Positions 25,676 to 34,541 of a stretch of DNA of 41,597 nucleotides are shown here, piece after piece. Numbering within the stretch: the first letter of the stretch is position 1; the number at the start of each line of letters is the position of its first letter. Below the pieces are notes generated by a model. The model searched no databases. It was not told the origin of the DNA and saw nothing but the letters and a program-made list of their open reading frames with translations. This DNA comes from Betaproteobacteria bacterium (lineage in GTDB: Bacteria; Pseudomonadota; Gammaproteobacteria; Burkholderiales; SG8-39): NCBI GenBank assembly GCA_031391655.1, contig JANMUO010000366.1, positions 1 through 41,597 of the forward strand, in the 5' to 3' direction. A program made the translations under genes and the position numbers.

Positions 25676-27196
25676 TCAGGGTGCTTCGGCCAGCTCCAGC
25701 GTTTTCAGGAAGCGCTCGGCGTTCTGGTAGCCGATCACGCGCAGCCCGCGGATCTCCCGGCCCTGCGCGTCGAAGAAAACGATGCCTGGCGGGCCGAAGA
25801 GGGAGAAGCGCTTGAGCAAGGCCTTGTGCTCAGGCGTATTGGCCGTCACGTCGGCCTGCAGAAGCAGCATGCGCTCAAGCTTGGCTTTGACGCGAGCGTC
25901 GGTAAAGGTGAAGGCCTCCATCTCCTTGCAAGACACGCACCAGTCGGCATAGAAATCCAGCATCGCCAGCTTGCCGGGTGCGGCCAGCTTTGTCTCCAGT
26001 GCCGCGATGCTGTCCACCTGGACAAACCTGGTGTCCCCTTTCCCGCTCAGGAACAAAGGCGACACGATCCAGCCCGCCACCGCCAGCAGCAGCACGCCGA
26101 AGAATTTCTTCACCACGTTCATCCAGCGGCCCGCCTTGGGCAGCAACGCCCCCTCGGAGACGCCGATGACCAGCAGCGGAATGCCCATGCCCAACGCCAT
26201 CGCGAACAGCGCCGAGCCGCCGAGCGCCACGTCGCGTGTCTGGCTGATGTAGAGCAGCGCCCCGGCGAGCGGCGCGGCGACGCAGGGGCTGACGATGATC
26301 GCGGAGAGCACCCCCATGCCGGCCACGGTGGCGAGCTTGCCGCCCTCCAGCCGGTGATGCACCGTGGAGAGGGGATTGCGCAGGAACCCCGGCAGTTGCA
26401 GCTCGTAAAGCCCGAACATCGACAGCGCCAGCAGCACGAACACGAGCGCAAAACCGCCGAGCACCCAGGCGTTCTGCAGCGATGCGGCGATCAGGGAACC
26501 CGAATACGCGGCGGCGACGCCTGCACCCGCATAGGCGATCGCCATGCCGAGCACGTAGGCGCAAGACAGTGCGAATGCGCGCTTCTTGTTCACGCTGCGG
26601 CCTTCGCCGGCGATAATGCCCGAGAGGATCGGGATCATCGGCAGTACGCAGGGCGTGAAGGCGAGCAGCAGCCCGAAGCCGAGGAAGCTTGCCAGCACCA
26701 GCCAGCGATTGCCCTGGAACATCGCCGCAATGTCGAAATCGTTCGCCGAGAACGACGCGCGCCCGGCCGGCGCCTGGCCCGCCAATGAGGCGAGGCGCAG
26801 CGTCGCTGCCGACTCCATGGGCACGTAGCACACGCCGACATCGGCGCAGCCCTGCGAGGTGACAGCGAGCTGCAACGCTTCGCCCGCACCCCCCTCTACC
26901 GGGATGCGGATGCGCACTTCCTTGCGATAGGTTTCCGTCTCGCCGAAGAACTGGTCCTTCTTCTTCTCTCCCGCTGGAAATTCAGGCTTGCCCAGACGCG
27001 CGTTCCCGGCTGCGAACTTGAAACGTTCGCGGTACATGTAGTAACCCTCGGCAATGGCGAAGTGCACTTCCACTGCGCCACCCTCGACGGCACGCGCTGA
27101 AAATCGGAATGCCTTCTCGGGCTCGAGCAATTCCGGCGCGGCACACACCGAAAGCGACGCGATGCCAAGCCAAAGCGTGAGGAGAATGCGCGTCAT
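25676..27196 (-). CDS. dsbD: Thiol:disulfide interchange protein DsbD
   Basis: The likely start is MTRILLTLWLG... at 27196 (the track ORF extends to GTG 27226), overlapping the cutA stop as ATGA. The alpha-domain Cys pair is in GCADVGVCYVP, the TM cysteines are in TPCVLP and SPCVAAP, and the C-terminal thioredoxin motif is YADWCVSCKEME. Confidence 0.9.
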   Translation of the reverse strand: MTRILLTLWLGIASLSVCAAPELLEPEKAFRFSARAVEGGAVEVHFAIAEGYYMYRERFKFAAGNARLGKPEFPAGEKKKDQFFGETETYRKEVRIRIPVEGGAGEALQLAVTSQGCADVGVCYVPMESAATLRLASLAGQAPAGRASFSANDFDIAAMFQGNRWLVLASFLGFGLLLAFTPCVLPMIPILSGIIAGEGRSVNKKRAFALSCAYVLGMAIAYAGAGVAAAYSGSLIAASLQNAWVLGGFALVFVLLALSMFGLYELQLPGFLRNPLSTVHHRLEGGKLATVAGMGVLSAIIVSPCVAAPLAGALLYISQTRDVALGGSALFAMALGMGIPLLVIGVSEGALLPKAGRWMNVVKKFFGVLLLAVAGWIVSPLFLSGKGDTRFVQVDSIAALETKLAAPGKLAMLDFYADWCVSCKEMEAFTFTDARVKAKLERMLLLQADVTANTPEHKALLKRFSLFGPPGIVFFDAQGREIRGLRVIGYQNAERFLKTLELAEAP

Positions 27197-27516
27197 CGGG
27201 GAAGCGTGGTCTCTTCCGCCACCCACGCCAGATAGGCTGGCAGGCCGCGCTCGATCGGGACTGCCACGATCTCGGGAAGTTCGTAGGGGTGGGACTTGCG
27301 GATCTCGGCTTCGAGGGCGCCATAGCGCTCGCTCGTCGTCTTGATCAGCATCGGGTGCTCTTCATCCTGCTGCACTTCGCCCTTCCAGCGGTAGACCGAG
27401 CGGCACGGCGCCAGGATGTTGACGCAGGCGGCCACGCGCTTGCGAATCAGCGCCGCGGCGAGTTTCTCGGCGCCGGCGCGGTCGGGCAGGTTGGTCAGAA
27501 CCAGCAGCGCGCTCAT
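27193..27516 (-). CDS. cutA: Divalent-cation tolerance protein CutA
   Basis: 107 aa (ACVNILAPCRSVYRWKGEV...YELPEIVAVPI). It sits immediately upstream of dsbD, as in E. coli cutA-dsbD. Confidence 0.9.
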   Translation of the reverse strand: MSALLVLTNLPDRAGAEKLAAALIRKRVAACVNILAPCRSVYRWKGEVQQDEEHPMLIKTTSERYGALEAEIRKSHPYELPEIVAVPIERGLPAYLAWVAEETTLPR

Positions 27517-28343
27517 GAAGCTCCCGGGGAAGCAGGTACACCTTCGAACACGGTCGGATAGCGCAAGCGCACGCCGAGGGATTCCTTCATGCGGCGATTG
27601 GCAAGGCGGCGCGACTCGCTCATGAAGGACAACAGTTCCGGCCTGATGCGCCCCGCCGCCTCGGCGCGCGCAATGCGCGGCGGGCGCGGCAACCCGGCTC
27701 GCTCGGCCACCAGGTCGAACCAGTCGCCCATGCGGATTTCACTGTCGTCACTGGCGTTGTAGGTGCCGGCGGGCGAACGCTCATCCAGTGCGCGCACCAC
27801 GATCGAGGCCAGGTCTTCCGCGTGGATGTGGTTCGTATAGACGTCATCCTCGGTGCGCAGGACCGGCGTGCCTGCGCGCAGGCGCTCCAGCGGCAACCGG
27901 TCGGCGGCGTAGATGCCGGGGACGCGCAGGATCACCAGGACCACGCCGCGCTCGCTGCACCATAGTGCAAGCTGGCGCTCGGCATCCACTCGCCGCCGCG
28001 CGCGATCGGTCTGCGGGCGCACCGCGCGCGACTCGTCCACCCGTGCACCGCCGCAGTCCCCGTAGACGCCGCTCGTGCTGACGTAGACCACGCGCGCCGG
28101 TAGAATCCGGCCCTTCGCGAGCGCCTCGAGCAGGTGGCCGGTGCGTGTGTCCTGCGTGCCGTTGTCCGGTGGCGGCACGCAGTGCAACACCGCGTCCGCC
28201 CCCTGCAGGGCGGCAAGGGTCTCGGGGCGGTCCAGGTCGAAGCCGTGGCGGCGCGACAGGGGCTGCAGCTCGAAGCGGGACTCGAGCCTGGGTGCGGCGC
28301 GGCGCGCAATGTCGCCGTCGCCGGCGATCAGCAGCTTCTTCAT
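27513..28343 (-). CDS. NAD(P)-binding SDR/epimerase-family protein
   Basis: This is the last 276 codons of shadow ORF 27513..29252. It starts MKKLLIAGDGDIARR (Rossmann N-terminus; alternative ATG at 28352) and contains YVSTSGVYGD and YNASDD segments. Its stop overlaps the cutA start (ATGA). Confidence 0.75.
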   Translation of the reverse strand: MKKLLIAGDGDIARRAAPRLESRFELQPLSRRHGFDLDRPETLAALQGADAVLHCVPPPDNGTQDTRTGHLLEALAKGRILPARVVYVSTSGVYGDCGGARVDESRAVRPQTDRARRRVDAERQLALWCSERGVVLVILRVPGIYAADRLPLERLRAGTPVLRTEDDVYTNHIHAEDLASIVVRALDERSPAGTYNASDDSEIRMGDWFDLVAERAGLPRPPRIARAEAAGRIRPELLSFMSESRRLANRRMKESLGVRLRYPTVFEGVPASPGAS

Positions 28344-28350
28344 CGATGGC

Positions 28351-28356
28351 ATTCTA
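28351..28356 (-). promoter_or_regulatory. -10-like hexamer TAGAAT, 7 nt upstream of the SDR gene ATG
   Basis: The minus strand reads GTCGC-TAGAAT-GCCATCG-ATGAAGAAG, inside the 18-bp divergent gap. There is no Shine-Dalgarno. Confidence 0.4.
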
Positions 28357-28361
28357 GCGAC

Positions 28362-29399
28362 ATGCACAGCGTCACGATCCAGCCCAGCGGTCACCAGTTC
28401 CAGGTCGAGGACGGCGAAGCCGTGCTCGCCGCCGCGCTGCGCCAGGGTTTCGTGCTGCCCTACGGCTGCAAGAACGGCGCTTGCGGCAGCTGCAAGGGGA
28501 AGATCCTCTCCGGCACCGTGGACTACGGCGTCTACCAGGCGAAGGCGCTGTCCGAGGAGGACAAGGCGCAGGGAAAGGCGCTCTTTTGCCAGGCGAAGCC
28601 GCTCACCGACCTGGTGATCGAGGCGCGCACCATTGGCGCCGCCAAGGACATCCAGGTCAGGACCCTGCCGTGCCGCGTGCAGAAGATGGAGCGCGTCACC
28701 GAGGACGTGATGCTGCTCGGCCTGAAGCTTCCGGCCAACGAGCGGCTGCAGTTCCTCGCCGGGCAGTACCTCGAGTTCCTGCTCAAGGACGGCTCGCGGC
28801 GCAGCTTTTCCATGGGCAATGCGCCGCACGACGACGAGCTCCTCCAGCTGCACGTGCGCCATGTGCGCGGCGGCCAGTTCACCGACCATGTGTTCGGCAA
28901 GATGAAGGAGCGCGACATCCTGCGTTTCGAGGGGCCGCAGGGCACCTTCTTCCTGCGCGAGGATTCCTCCAAGCCCGTCGTTCTCGTGGCCTCGGGTACC
29001 GGCTTTGCGCCGATCAAGTCCGTCATTGAATACGCGCTGAACAAGGAGTTCGCGCGGCCGATGACGCTCTACTGGGGCGGGCGCCGGCCCAGGGACCTGT
29101 ACATGCACGCGCTCGCGGAGGGCTGGGCGGCGCAGGGCAGGCTGACATACGTGCCGGTGATCTCCGATGGCTTGCCGGAGGACGGCTGGACCGGGCGCAC
29201 GGGCTTCGTGCATCGCGCGGTGATGCAGGACTTCCCCGACCTCTCGGCGCACCAGGTGTACGCCTGCGGCGTGCCGATCATGGTGGATTCGGCGCGGCGC
29301 GATTTCACTGTGCTGTGCGGGCTGCCGGAAGACGAGTTCTACGCGGACAGCTTCACCACGCAGGCGGACCTAGCTCAGCCTGCGCCTTCCCCCAGGTAG
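28362..29399 (+). CDS. 2Fe-2S ferredoxin-fused FAD/NAD(P)H oxidoreductase (CDP-6-deoxy-3,4-glucoseen reductase / Fre-like family)
   Basis: The start is ATG 28362 within track ORF 28134..29399 (MHSVTIQPSGHQF...). It has a plant-type cluster motif CKNGACGSC...C, the FAD motif RRSFSMGN, and the NAD(P) motif LVASGTGFAPIKS. Confidence 0.85.
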   Translation: MHSVTIQPSGHQFQVEDGEAVLAAALRQGFVLPYGCKNGACGSCKGKILSGTVDYGVYQAKALSEEDKAQGKALFCQAKPLTDLVIEARTIGAAKDIQVRTLPCRVQKMERVTEDVMLLGLKLPANERLQFLAGQYLEFLLKDGSRRSFSMGNAPHDDELLQLHVRHVRGGQFTDHVFGKMKERDILRFEGPQGTFFLREDSSKPVVLVASGTGFAPIKSVIEYALNKEFARPMTLYWGGRRPRDLYMHALAEGWAAQGRLTYVPVISDGLPEDGWTGRTGFVHRAVMQDFPDLSAHQVYACGVPIMVDSARRDFTVLCGLPEDEFYADSFTTQADLAQPAPSPR

Positions 29400-30088
29400 G
29401 CCTCGCGCACCTTCGGATTGGCGAGCAGCTTCTTCGCTTCGTCGGCAAGCGTGATGCTGCCCGACTCCATGACGTAGCCGCGGTGCGCGAGCTCCAGCGC
29501 GAGCCGCGCGTTCTGCTCCACCAGCAGGATGGTCACGCCGCGCGCCGCGACCTCGCGCACGATGTCGAAAATCTTCGCCACCATCAGCGGCGCTAGGCCC
29601 ATGGAGGGCTCATCCAGCAGCAGCAGCTTGGGCCGGCTCATCAGCGCGCGGCCGATGGCGAGCATCTGCTGCTCGCCGCCGGAGAGCGTGCCCGCGGTCT
29701 GGTTTCGCCGTTCCTTCAATCGGGGGAACGACTCGTACTGGCGCGCGATATCCCCGGCCACCTCCTTCGCCTGCGCGCGCGCGTAGGCGCCCATCGAGAG
29801 GTTCTCCTCCACCGTGAGCTGGGGAAACACGCCGCGCCCTTCCGGCACCATCACCAGGCCGCGCCGCGGGAGCTCGAACACGGGCAGGCCCTCGAGAGGC
29901 TGACCCGCGTAGGTGACGTTACCGCCGCGCGCATGCAAGCCGCAGATCGCCTTGAGGGTGGAGGTCTTGCCCGCGCCGTTGGCGCCGATCAGGCAGACCA
30001 GTTCGCCTTCGGCCACCGCAAGGTCGATGCCCTTCACCGCGCGGATACCGCCGTAGTGGACTTCAAGCCCCCGCGCCTCAAGCAGCAT
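29375..30088 (-). CDS. livF: Branched-chain amino acid ABC transporter ATP-binding protein LivF
   Basis: The start is MLLEARGLEVHYGG... at 30088 within track ORF 29375..30169. Walker A is GANGAGKTS, the signature is LSGGEQQ, and Walker B is LLLDEPS. Confidence 0.9.
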   Translation of the reverse strand: MLLEARGLEVHYGGIRAVKGIDLAVAEGELVCLIGANGAGKTSTLKAICGLHARGGNVTYAGQPLEGLPVFELPRRGLVMVPEGRGVFPQLTVEENLSMGAYARAQAKEVAGDIARQYESFPRLKERRNQTAGTLSGGEQQMLAIGRALMSRPKLLLLDEPSMGLAPLMVAKIFDIVREVAARGVTILLVEQNARLALELAHRGYVMESGSITLADEAKKLLANPKVREAYLGEGAG

Positions 30089-30848
30089 GCGCCACCCCGA
30101 GATAGGCCTCGATGACCTTCGGGTCGCGCTGCACCTGGGCCGGCGTGCCCTCGGCGATGCGCTCGCCATAGTCCAGCACTAGCACGCGGTCGCAGACATT
30201 CATCACCAGGCGCACGTCGTGTTCGATCAGCAGGATGGTGATGCCGTCACGCCGGATCAGGTCCAGCAGACCGCGCAGCGCGAGGGTTTCCGAAGGATTC
30301 ATGCCGGCGGCCGGTTCGTCGAGGGCCAGGAGCCTGGGTTCGGTGGCAAGCGCGCGCGCGATCTCGAGGCGCCGCTGGTCCCCGTAGGGCAGGCTCCCCG
30401 CGGGATCGTTGGCGCGAGACCGGATGCCGACATAGTCGAGCAGCTCGAGCGAGCGCCGCTGGATTGCCGCCTCCTCCGCCAGCGTGGCGCGGTTGCGCAG
30501 GATGGCGCCGACCACGCCCGCGCGCGTGCGCACATGCCGGCCGACCATGACGTTCTCCAGGACGGAGAGGTTGGCGTACAGTCGGATGTTCTGGAAGGTA
30601 CGCGCGATGCCGCGCCCGGCCACTTCATGCGGCGCGAGGCCGACAAGCGGCGCGCCGTCGAACTCGAAGCTTCCATTGTCCGGCGCGTAGATGCCGCTCA
30701 GCACGTTGAACAACGTCGTCTTGCCCGCACCGTTCGGGCCGATCAGGCCGTAGATCTCGCCGAGCCGGATCGAGAACGACACCCCGGTGAGCGCCTGCAC
30801 GCCGCCGAAGCGCTTGCCGACGCCCTTCGCCTCAAGCAGCGCGTTCAT
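30078..30848 (-). CDS. livG: Branched-chain amino acid ABC transporter ATP-binding protein LivG
   Basis: The start is MNALLEAKGVGKRFGG... at 30848 within track ORF 30078..30911. Walker A is GPNGAGKTT. LPYGDQRRLEIARALA and LALDEPAAG are also present. Confidence 0.9.
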   Translation of the reverse strand: MNALLEAKGVGKRFGGVQALTGVSFSIRLGEIYGLIGPNGAGKTTLFNVLSGIYAPDNGSFEFDGAPLVGLAPHEVAGRGIARTFQNIRLYANLSVLENVMVGRHVRTRAGVVGAILRNRATLAEEAAIQRRSLELLDYVGIRSRANDPAGSLPYGDQRRLEIARALATEPRLLALDEPAAGMNPSETLALRGLLDLIRRDGITILLIEHDVRLVMNVCDRVLVLDYGERIAEGTPAQVQRDPKVIEAYLGVAHAA

Positions 30849-31911
30849 CAGCGAGTTCGCGCTTGCGCACGGCGGAGGGCAGCAGGCCCGCCGGGCGGTA
30901 CAGCATGACAAGCACCAGCGCCAGGCCGAAGATGAGCATGCGGATCACCTCCGGCTCGACCAGCATGCGCCCGAACAGCGCCTCCTGCAGCGGCTGCACC
31001 GTCCAGCGCAGGATCTCCGGCACGAAGGACAGCAGCAGCGCGCCGAGTACCACGCCCCAGATGTTTCCCATGCCCCCCAGCACCACCATCGCCACCACCA
31101 TGATGGATTCGACCAGCACGAAGCTCTCCGGCGAGATGAACGCCTGGATCGCGGAGAACATGCCGCCGGCCACGCCGCCGAAGCTGGCGCCCATGGCGAA
31201 GGCGAGCAGCTTCAGGTGAGTGGTGTTGATTCCCATGGCACGCGCGGCTATCTCGTCTTCACGCACTGCCTCCCAGGCGCGGCCGATGCGCGAGTTCTGT
31301 AGTCGCACGTTGACCACCAGGATCAGCACCATTACCGCCAGCAGCAGGTAGTAGTACTTGATCGGGCCGCTGATGGTGATGCCGAACAGGGATTCTGGTT
31401 TGGCAAAACTGAAGCCGCCAACACTGAACGGGTCGATGCCCGCGATGCCCTGCGGCCCGTTGGTGATGTTTACCGGGCGCGACAGGTTGTTGAGGAAAAT
31501 GCGCACGATCTCGCCGAAACCCAGCGTGACGATCGCCAGGTAGTCGCCGCGCAGCTTCAGGGTCGGTGCGCCGAGCAGCACGCCGAAAAGCGCTGCCACC
31601 AACGCGCCGATGGGCAAGATCACCCAGAACGGCAGGTGCAGCCCGAACTGCGGGCTGGCGAGCAGTGCGTAGGTGTAGGCGCCCACGGCGTAGAACGCGA
31701 TGTAGCCCAGATCGAGGAGCCCGGCGAAGCCGACCACGATGTTCAGGCCGAGAGCCAGCAGCACGTAAAGGATGGCGTAGTTGGTGATGCGCACCCAGCT
31801 CGTGCCGATCTGCGCCAGCGCGAACGGCAGGAGGAGCAGCGCCAGCGCCACGAGCACGATGCCTGCCCTGACCAGTTTCGGGTTGTCTCGCGTGTCGAAC
31901 AGGGCGTTCAT
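30832..31911 (-). CDS. livM: Branched-chain amino acid ABC transporter permease LivM
   Basis: This is the last 359 codons of shadow ORF 30832..32676, starting MNALFDTRDNPKLVRAGIVLV. It is a polytopic permease with a 4-nt overlap with livH. Confidence 0.9.
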   Translation of the reverse strand: MNALFDTRDNPKLVRAGIVLVALALLLLPFALAQIGTSWVRITNYAILYVLLALGLNIVVGFAGLLDLGYIAFYAVGAYTYALLASPQFGLHLPFWVILPIGALVAALFGVLLGAPTLKLRGDYLAIVTLGFGEIVRIFLNNLSRPVNITNGPQGIAGIDPFSVGGFSFAKPESLFGITISGPIKYYYLLLAVMVLILVVNVRLQNSRIGRAWEAVREDEIAARAMGINTTHLKLLAFAMGASFGGVAGGMFSAIQAFISPESFVLVESIMVVAMVVLGGMGNIWGVVLGALLLSFVPEILRWTVQPLQEALFGRMLVEPEVIRMLIFGLALVLVMLYRPAGLLPSAVRKRELADERAA

Positions 31912-32891
31912 GCGCGGTCGCCGACCCGCTCGCCGAGCAGGCCCGAGGGCCGGAACACCAGCACCAGGATAAGCACCACGAAGGCGAACACGTCCTGGTA
32001 GTTGGAGCCGAACAGAATGAAGTGCCCGTCGCGGGCGCAGCGCTCGCTGACCATCTGCGCAAGCCAGCCATAGCGGCATAGATCCGTCAGGTCGCCGATG
32101 TATCCAGCCCCCAGCGCCTCCACGATGCCGAGCACCACGCCCCCGAGCATCGCACCCGGGATGTTGCCGATGCCGCCGAGCACAGCGGCCGCAAACGCCT
32201 TCAGCCCCAGCCCCGAGCCCATCGTGTACTGGGCGATGCCGTAGTAGGTACCGACCATCACGCCGGCGACCGCGGCGAGCGCAGCCCCGATGACGAAAGT
32301 GGCGGCGATCACGCGATTGATGTCCACGCCCATCAAGCCGGCGACCTGGGGGTTTTGCGCCGTGGCGCGCATCGCGGTGCCCAGGCGCGTTCGGTAGACA
32401 AGGATGGCGAGCCCCGCCATGATCGCTACGCATAACAGGATGATCGCCACCTGCACGTTGGTGATTGAGGCGCCTGCGACGGTGTAGGTGCGTGTCTGGA
32501 TGATCTGCGGAAACGCAATGACGTTGCGCGTCCACACCAGCACCGCCAGGTACTGCAGGATGATCGACACGCCGATGGCCGAGATCAGCGGCGCGAGCCG
32601 CGGCGCGCGCCGCAAGGGACGGTAGGCGAGGCGCTCCACCGTGTATCCGACCAGCATGCATGCCGGCACCGCACAACCCACGCCGATCATCACCACGACC
32701 AGCGGAGGCATGGACCCGGCCAGGGCCGTGATAACGGTGAACGCGACCATGGCGCCGATCATCACCACTTCGCCGTGCGCGAAGTTGATCAGCTGGATGA
32801 TGCCGTAGACCATGGTGTAGCCGAGGGCCACCACGGCGTACACGCTGCCCAGCGTCAGGCCGTTGATGACCTGCTGCAGGAAAATGTCCAC
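31908..32891 (-). CDS. livH: Branched-chain amino acid ABC transporter permease LivH
   Basis: 327 aa. The sequence MDIFLQQVINGLTLGSVYAVVALGYTMVYGIIQLINFAHGE is the conserved LivH N-terminus. The start codon is GTG. Confidence 0.9.
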   Translation of the reverse strand: MDIFLQQVINGLTLGSVYAVVALGYTMVYGIIQLINFAHGEVVMIGAMVAFTVITALAGSMPPLVVVMIGVGCAVPACMLVGYTVERLAYRPLRRAPRLAPLISAIGVSIILQYLAVLVWTRNVIAFPQIIQTRTYTVAGASITNVQVAIILLCVAIMAGLAILVYRTRLGTAMRATAQNPQVAGLMGVDINRVIAATFVIGAALAAVAGVMVGTYYGIAQYTMGSGLGLKAFAAAVLGGIGNIPGAMLGGVVLGIVEALGAGYIGDLTDLCRYGWLAQMVSERCARDGHFILFGSNYQDVFAFVVLILVLVFRPSGLLGERVGDRA

Positions 32892-32904
32892 GCCGCGCAG
32901 CCTA

Positions 32905-32940
32905 GCAGAAACGAAAACGGCACCCGAAGGTGCCGTTTTT
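32905..32940 (-). terminator. Intrinsic terminator/attenuator hairpin between livK and livH
   Basis: The minus strand reads AAAAACGGCACC-TTCG-GGTGCCGTTTT-CGTTTCTGC: a 9-bp stem closed by a C(UUCG)G tetraloop, followed by a T-rich tail. It lies in the 69-nt livK-livH gap. Confidence 0.65.
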
Positions 32941-32960
32941 CATTGCGAGTCGCGGTGCGG

Positions 32961-34118
32961 CTACTTCTTGCCGAACTCGGCAAACGGAATGGTCTTGCCG
33001 CCCTTGATCACCGCCACGGGCACGATCTTGCCGCCCTGCATGGTGAAGATCGTCATCTCGGCGTCCTTGCGGTCGCCCTTGGCGTCGAACGCGATCTCGC
33101 CGGTGGCGCCCTTGTAGCTGATCTTGGCCAGTTCCGGCAGGTACTTGGCCGGATCTGCCGAGTCCGCCTTCTTCATCGCCGCGATGAGGATGTTCGCGGC
33201 GTCGAAGGTGAAGGGCGCGTAGAGGATTGGATCGGCGTTGAACTTCTTCTTGTAGGTACTGAGGAAGCTCTTGTCCGCCGCAGCCACCGGAATGCCGGCC
33301 TGCGAGCACAGCAGCCCTTCGGCAGCCATGCCCGCCAGCTTGGTCATTTCGTCGGTGCAGGCGCCATCGCCGAACGCGAACACGGCCATGATGCCCAGTT
33401 CGCGGCCCTGCTTCATCAGCGGCCCGCCGGTGGCGTCCATGCCGCCGTAGAAGATGGCATCCGGCTCGCGGCCCTTGAGCTTGGTCAGCACCGCCTTCCA
33501 GTCGGTGGTCTTGTCGGTGCCCTTTTCGCGCGGCAGCACGGCAATGCCGCCCGCCTTGAGGGTCTTTTCGACCTCGTTGGCGATCCCCTCGCCGTAGGCG
33601 GTCGCGTCGTCGATCACCGCCACCACCTTGGGCTTGTTGTTGGCCGCGAGGTAGCTGGCGATCGCCGGCCCCTGTTGGTCATCGCGGCCGACCACGCGGA
33701 ACTGAGTCTTGAAACCCTGTTCGGTAAGTTTGGGGTTGGTCGCCGAGCCGGAGATCACCGGGATGCCGGCCTGGCTGTACAGGGGCGAGGCGGGAATCGA
33801 GGTGCCGGAGTTCAGGTGGCCCACGACGCCGGCGACCTTGGCGTCGACCAGTTTCTGGGCGACGGTGGTGCCGACTTTCGGGTCCGCCTGGTCGTCTTCG
33901 GCGACCAGCACGAACTTCACCTCCTTCCCGCCGAGCTTGATCTTGGCTTCGTTCGCCTGCTCGATCGCGAGCCGGGCGCCGTTCTCGTTGTCCTTGCCCA
34001 GGTGCGCGATGCCGCCGGTGATGGGGCCGACATGGCCAATCTTGATGTCGGAGGATTGTTGGCCGCAGCCGGCGAGTGCGGCGGCGATGCAGGCGACAGC
34101 GAATTTGACATGGTGCAT
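32961..34118 (-). CDS. livK: Branched-chain amino acid ABC transporter substrate-binding protein (LivK/LivJ-like), lipoprotein-type signal
   Basis: 385 aa with signal AAALAGCGQ. GPITGGIAHLGKDNENGARLAIEQAN is typical of Leu/Ile/Val-binding type I periplasmic binding proteins. SD GGAGAA precedes the ATG. Confidence 0.85.
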   Translation of the reverse strand: MHHVKFAVACIAAALAGCGQQSSDIKIGHVGPITGGIAHLGKDNENGARLAIEQANEAKIKLGGKEVKFVLVAEDDQADPKVGTTVAQKLVDAKVAGVVGHLNSGTSIPASPLYSQAGIPVISGSATNPKLTEQGFKTQFRVVGRDDQQGPAIASYLAANNKPKVVAVIDDATAYGEGIANEVEKTLKAGGIAVLPREKGTDKTTDWKAVLTKLKGREPDAIFYGGMDATGGPLMKQGRELGIMAVFAFGDGACTDEMTKLAGMAAEGLLCSQAGIPVAAADKSFLSTYKKKFNADPILYAPFTFDAANILIAAMKKADSADPAKYLPELAKISYKGATGEIAFDAKGDRKDAEMTIFTMQGGKIVPVAVIKGGKTIPFAEFGKK

Positions 34119-34137
34119 GAGTTTCTCCAGGGATTCG

Positions 34138-34449
34138 TTACTTGACCGAAAGGACCCACTTCACCAGCGCGCGGACTTCGGCGTCCGGCACTGCGGCATT
34201 CGGTGGCATCGGGATCTGGCCCCAGACCCCCGTGCCGCCCTTCTTCACCTTGTCGACGAGCTTGGCTTCGGCGTCCTTCTGGCCGGCATACTTCTTCGCC
34301 ACATCGGCGTAGCTCGGGCCGACGGTCTTGGCGCCCTTGACCACGTGGCAGGCGACACAGGCGTGCTTCTTGGCGAGGTCTTCGCTCGCCCCGGCAGGCA
34401 GCACGGCGGTTAGCGCCAGTGCTGCGGCGGCAATGACAAACGGCTTCAT
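34138..34449 (-). CDS. Cytochrome c551/c8-family monohaem cytochrome
   Basis: The haem motif is CVACH. GPSYADVAKKYAG...GGTGVWGQIPMPPN...LVKWVLS closely follows the Pseudomonas c-551 pattern. The track start 34464 is TTG. ATG 34449 (MKPFVIAAAALALTAV) has SD AAGGGA 6 nt upstream and is preferred. Confidence 0.85.
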   Translation of the reverse strand: MKPFVIAAAALALTAVLPAGASEDLAKKHACVACHVVKGAKTVGPSYADVAKKYAGQKDAEAKLVDKVKKGGTGVWGQIPMPPNAAVPDAEVRALVKWVLSVK

Positions 34450-34541
34450 GGGATCCCTTTTCAATTGAGGGCAAAATGCTACCCGAACGCGGCCTCATTG
34501 CAAGCCTTGCGCACTGCAGGGCGCACGAGTAAGGCACCGGC

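Noticed and set aside
27513-32676. Over-long track ORFs 27513..29252 (579 aa) and 30832..32676 (614 aa), and N-terminal extensions of livF, livG, dsbD, lgt, engB, hemB and pilQ
   Set aside because: In each case the family-typical N-terminus begins at an internal ATG that abuts or overlaps the upstream gene's stop. The extra upstream codons overlap a better-supported gene in another frame or strand.
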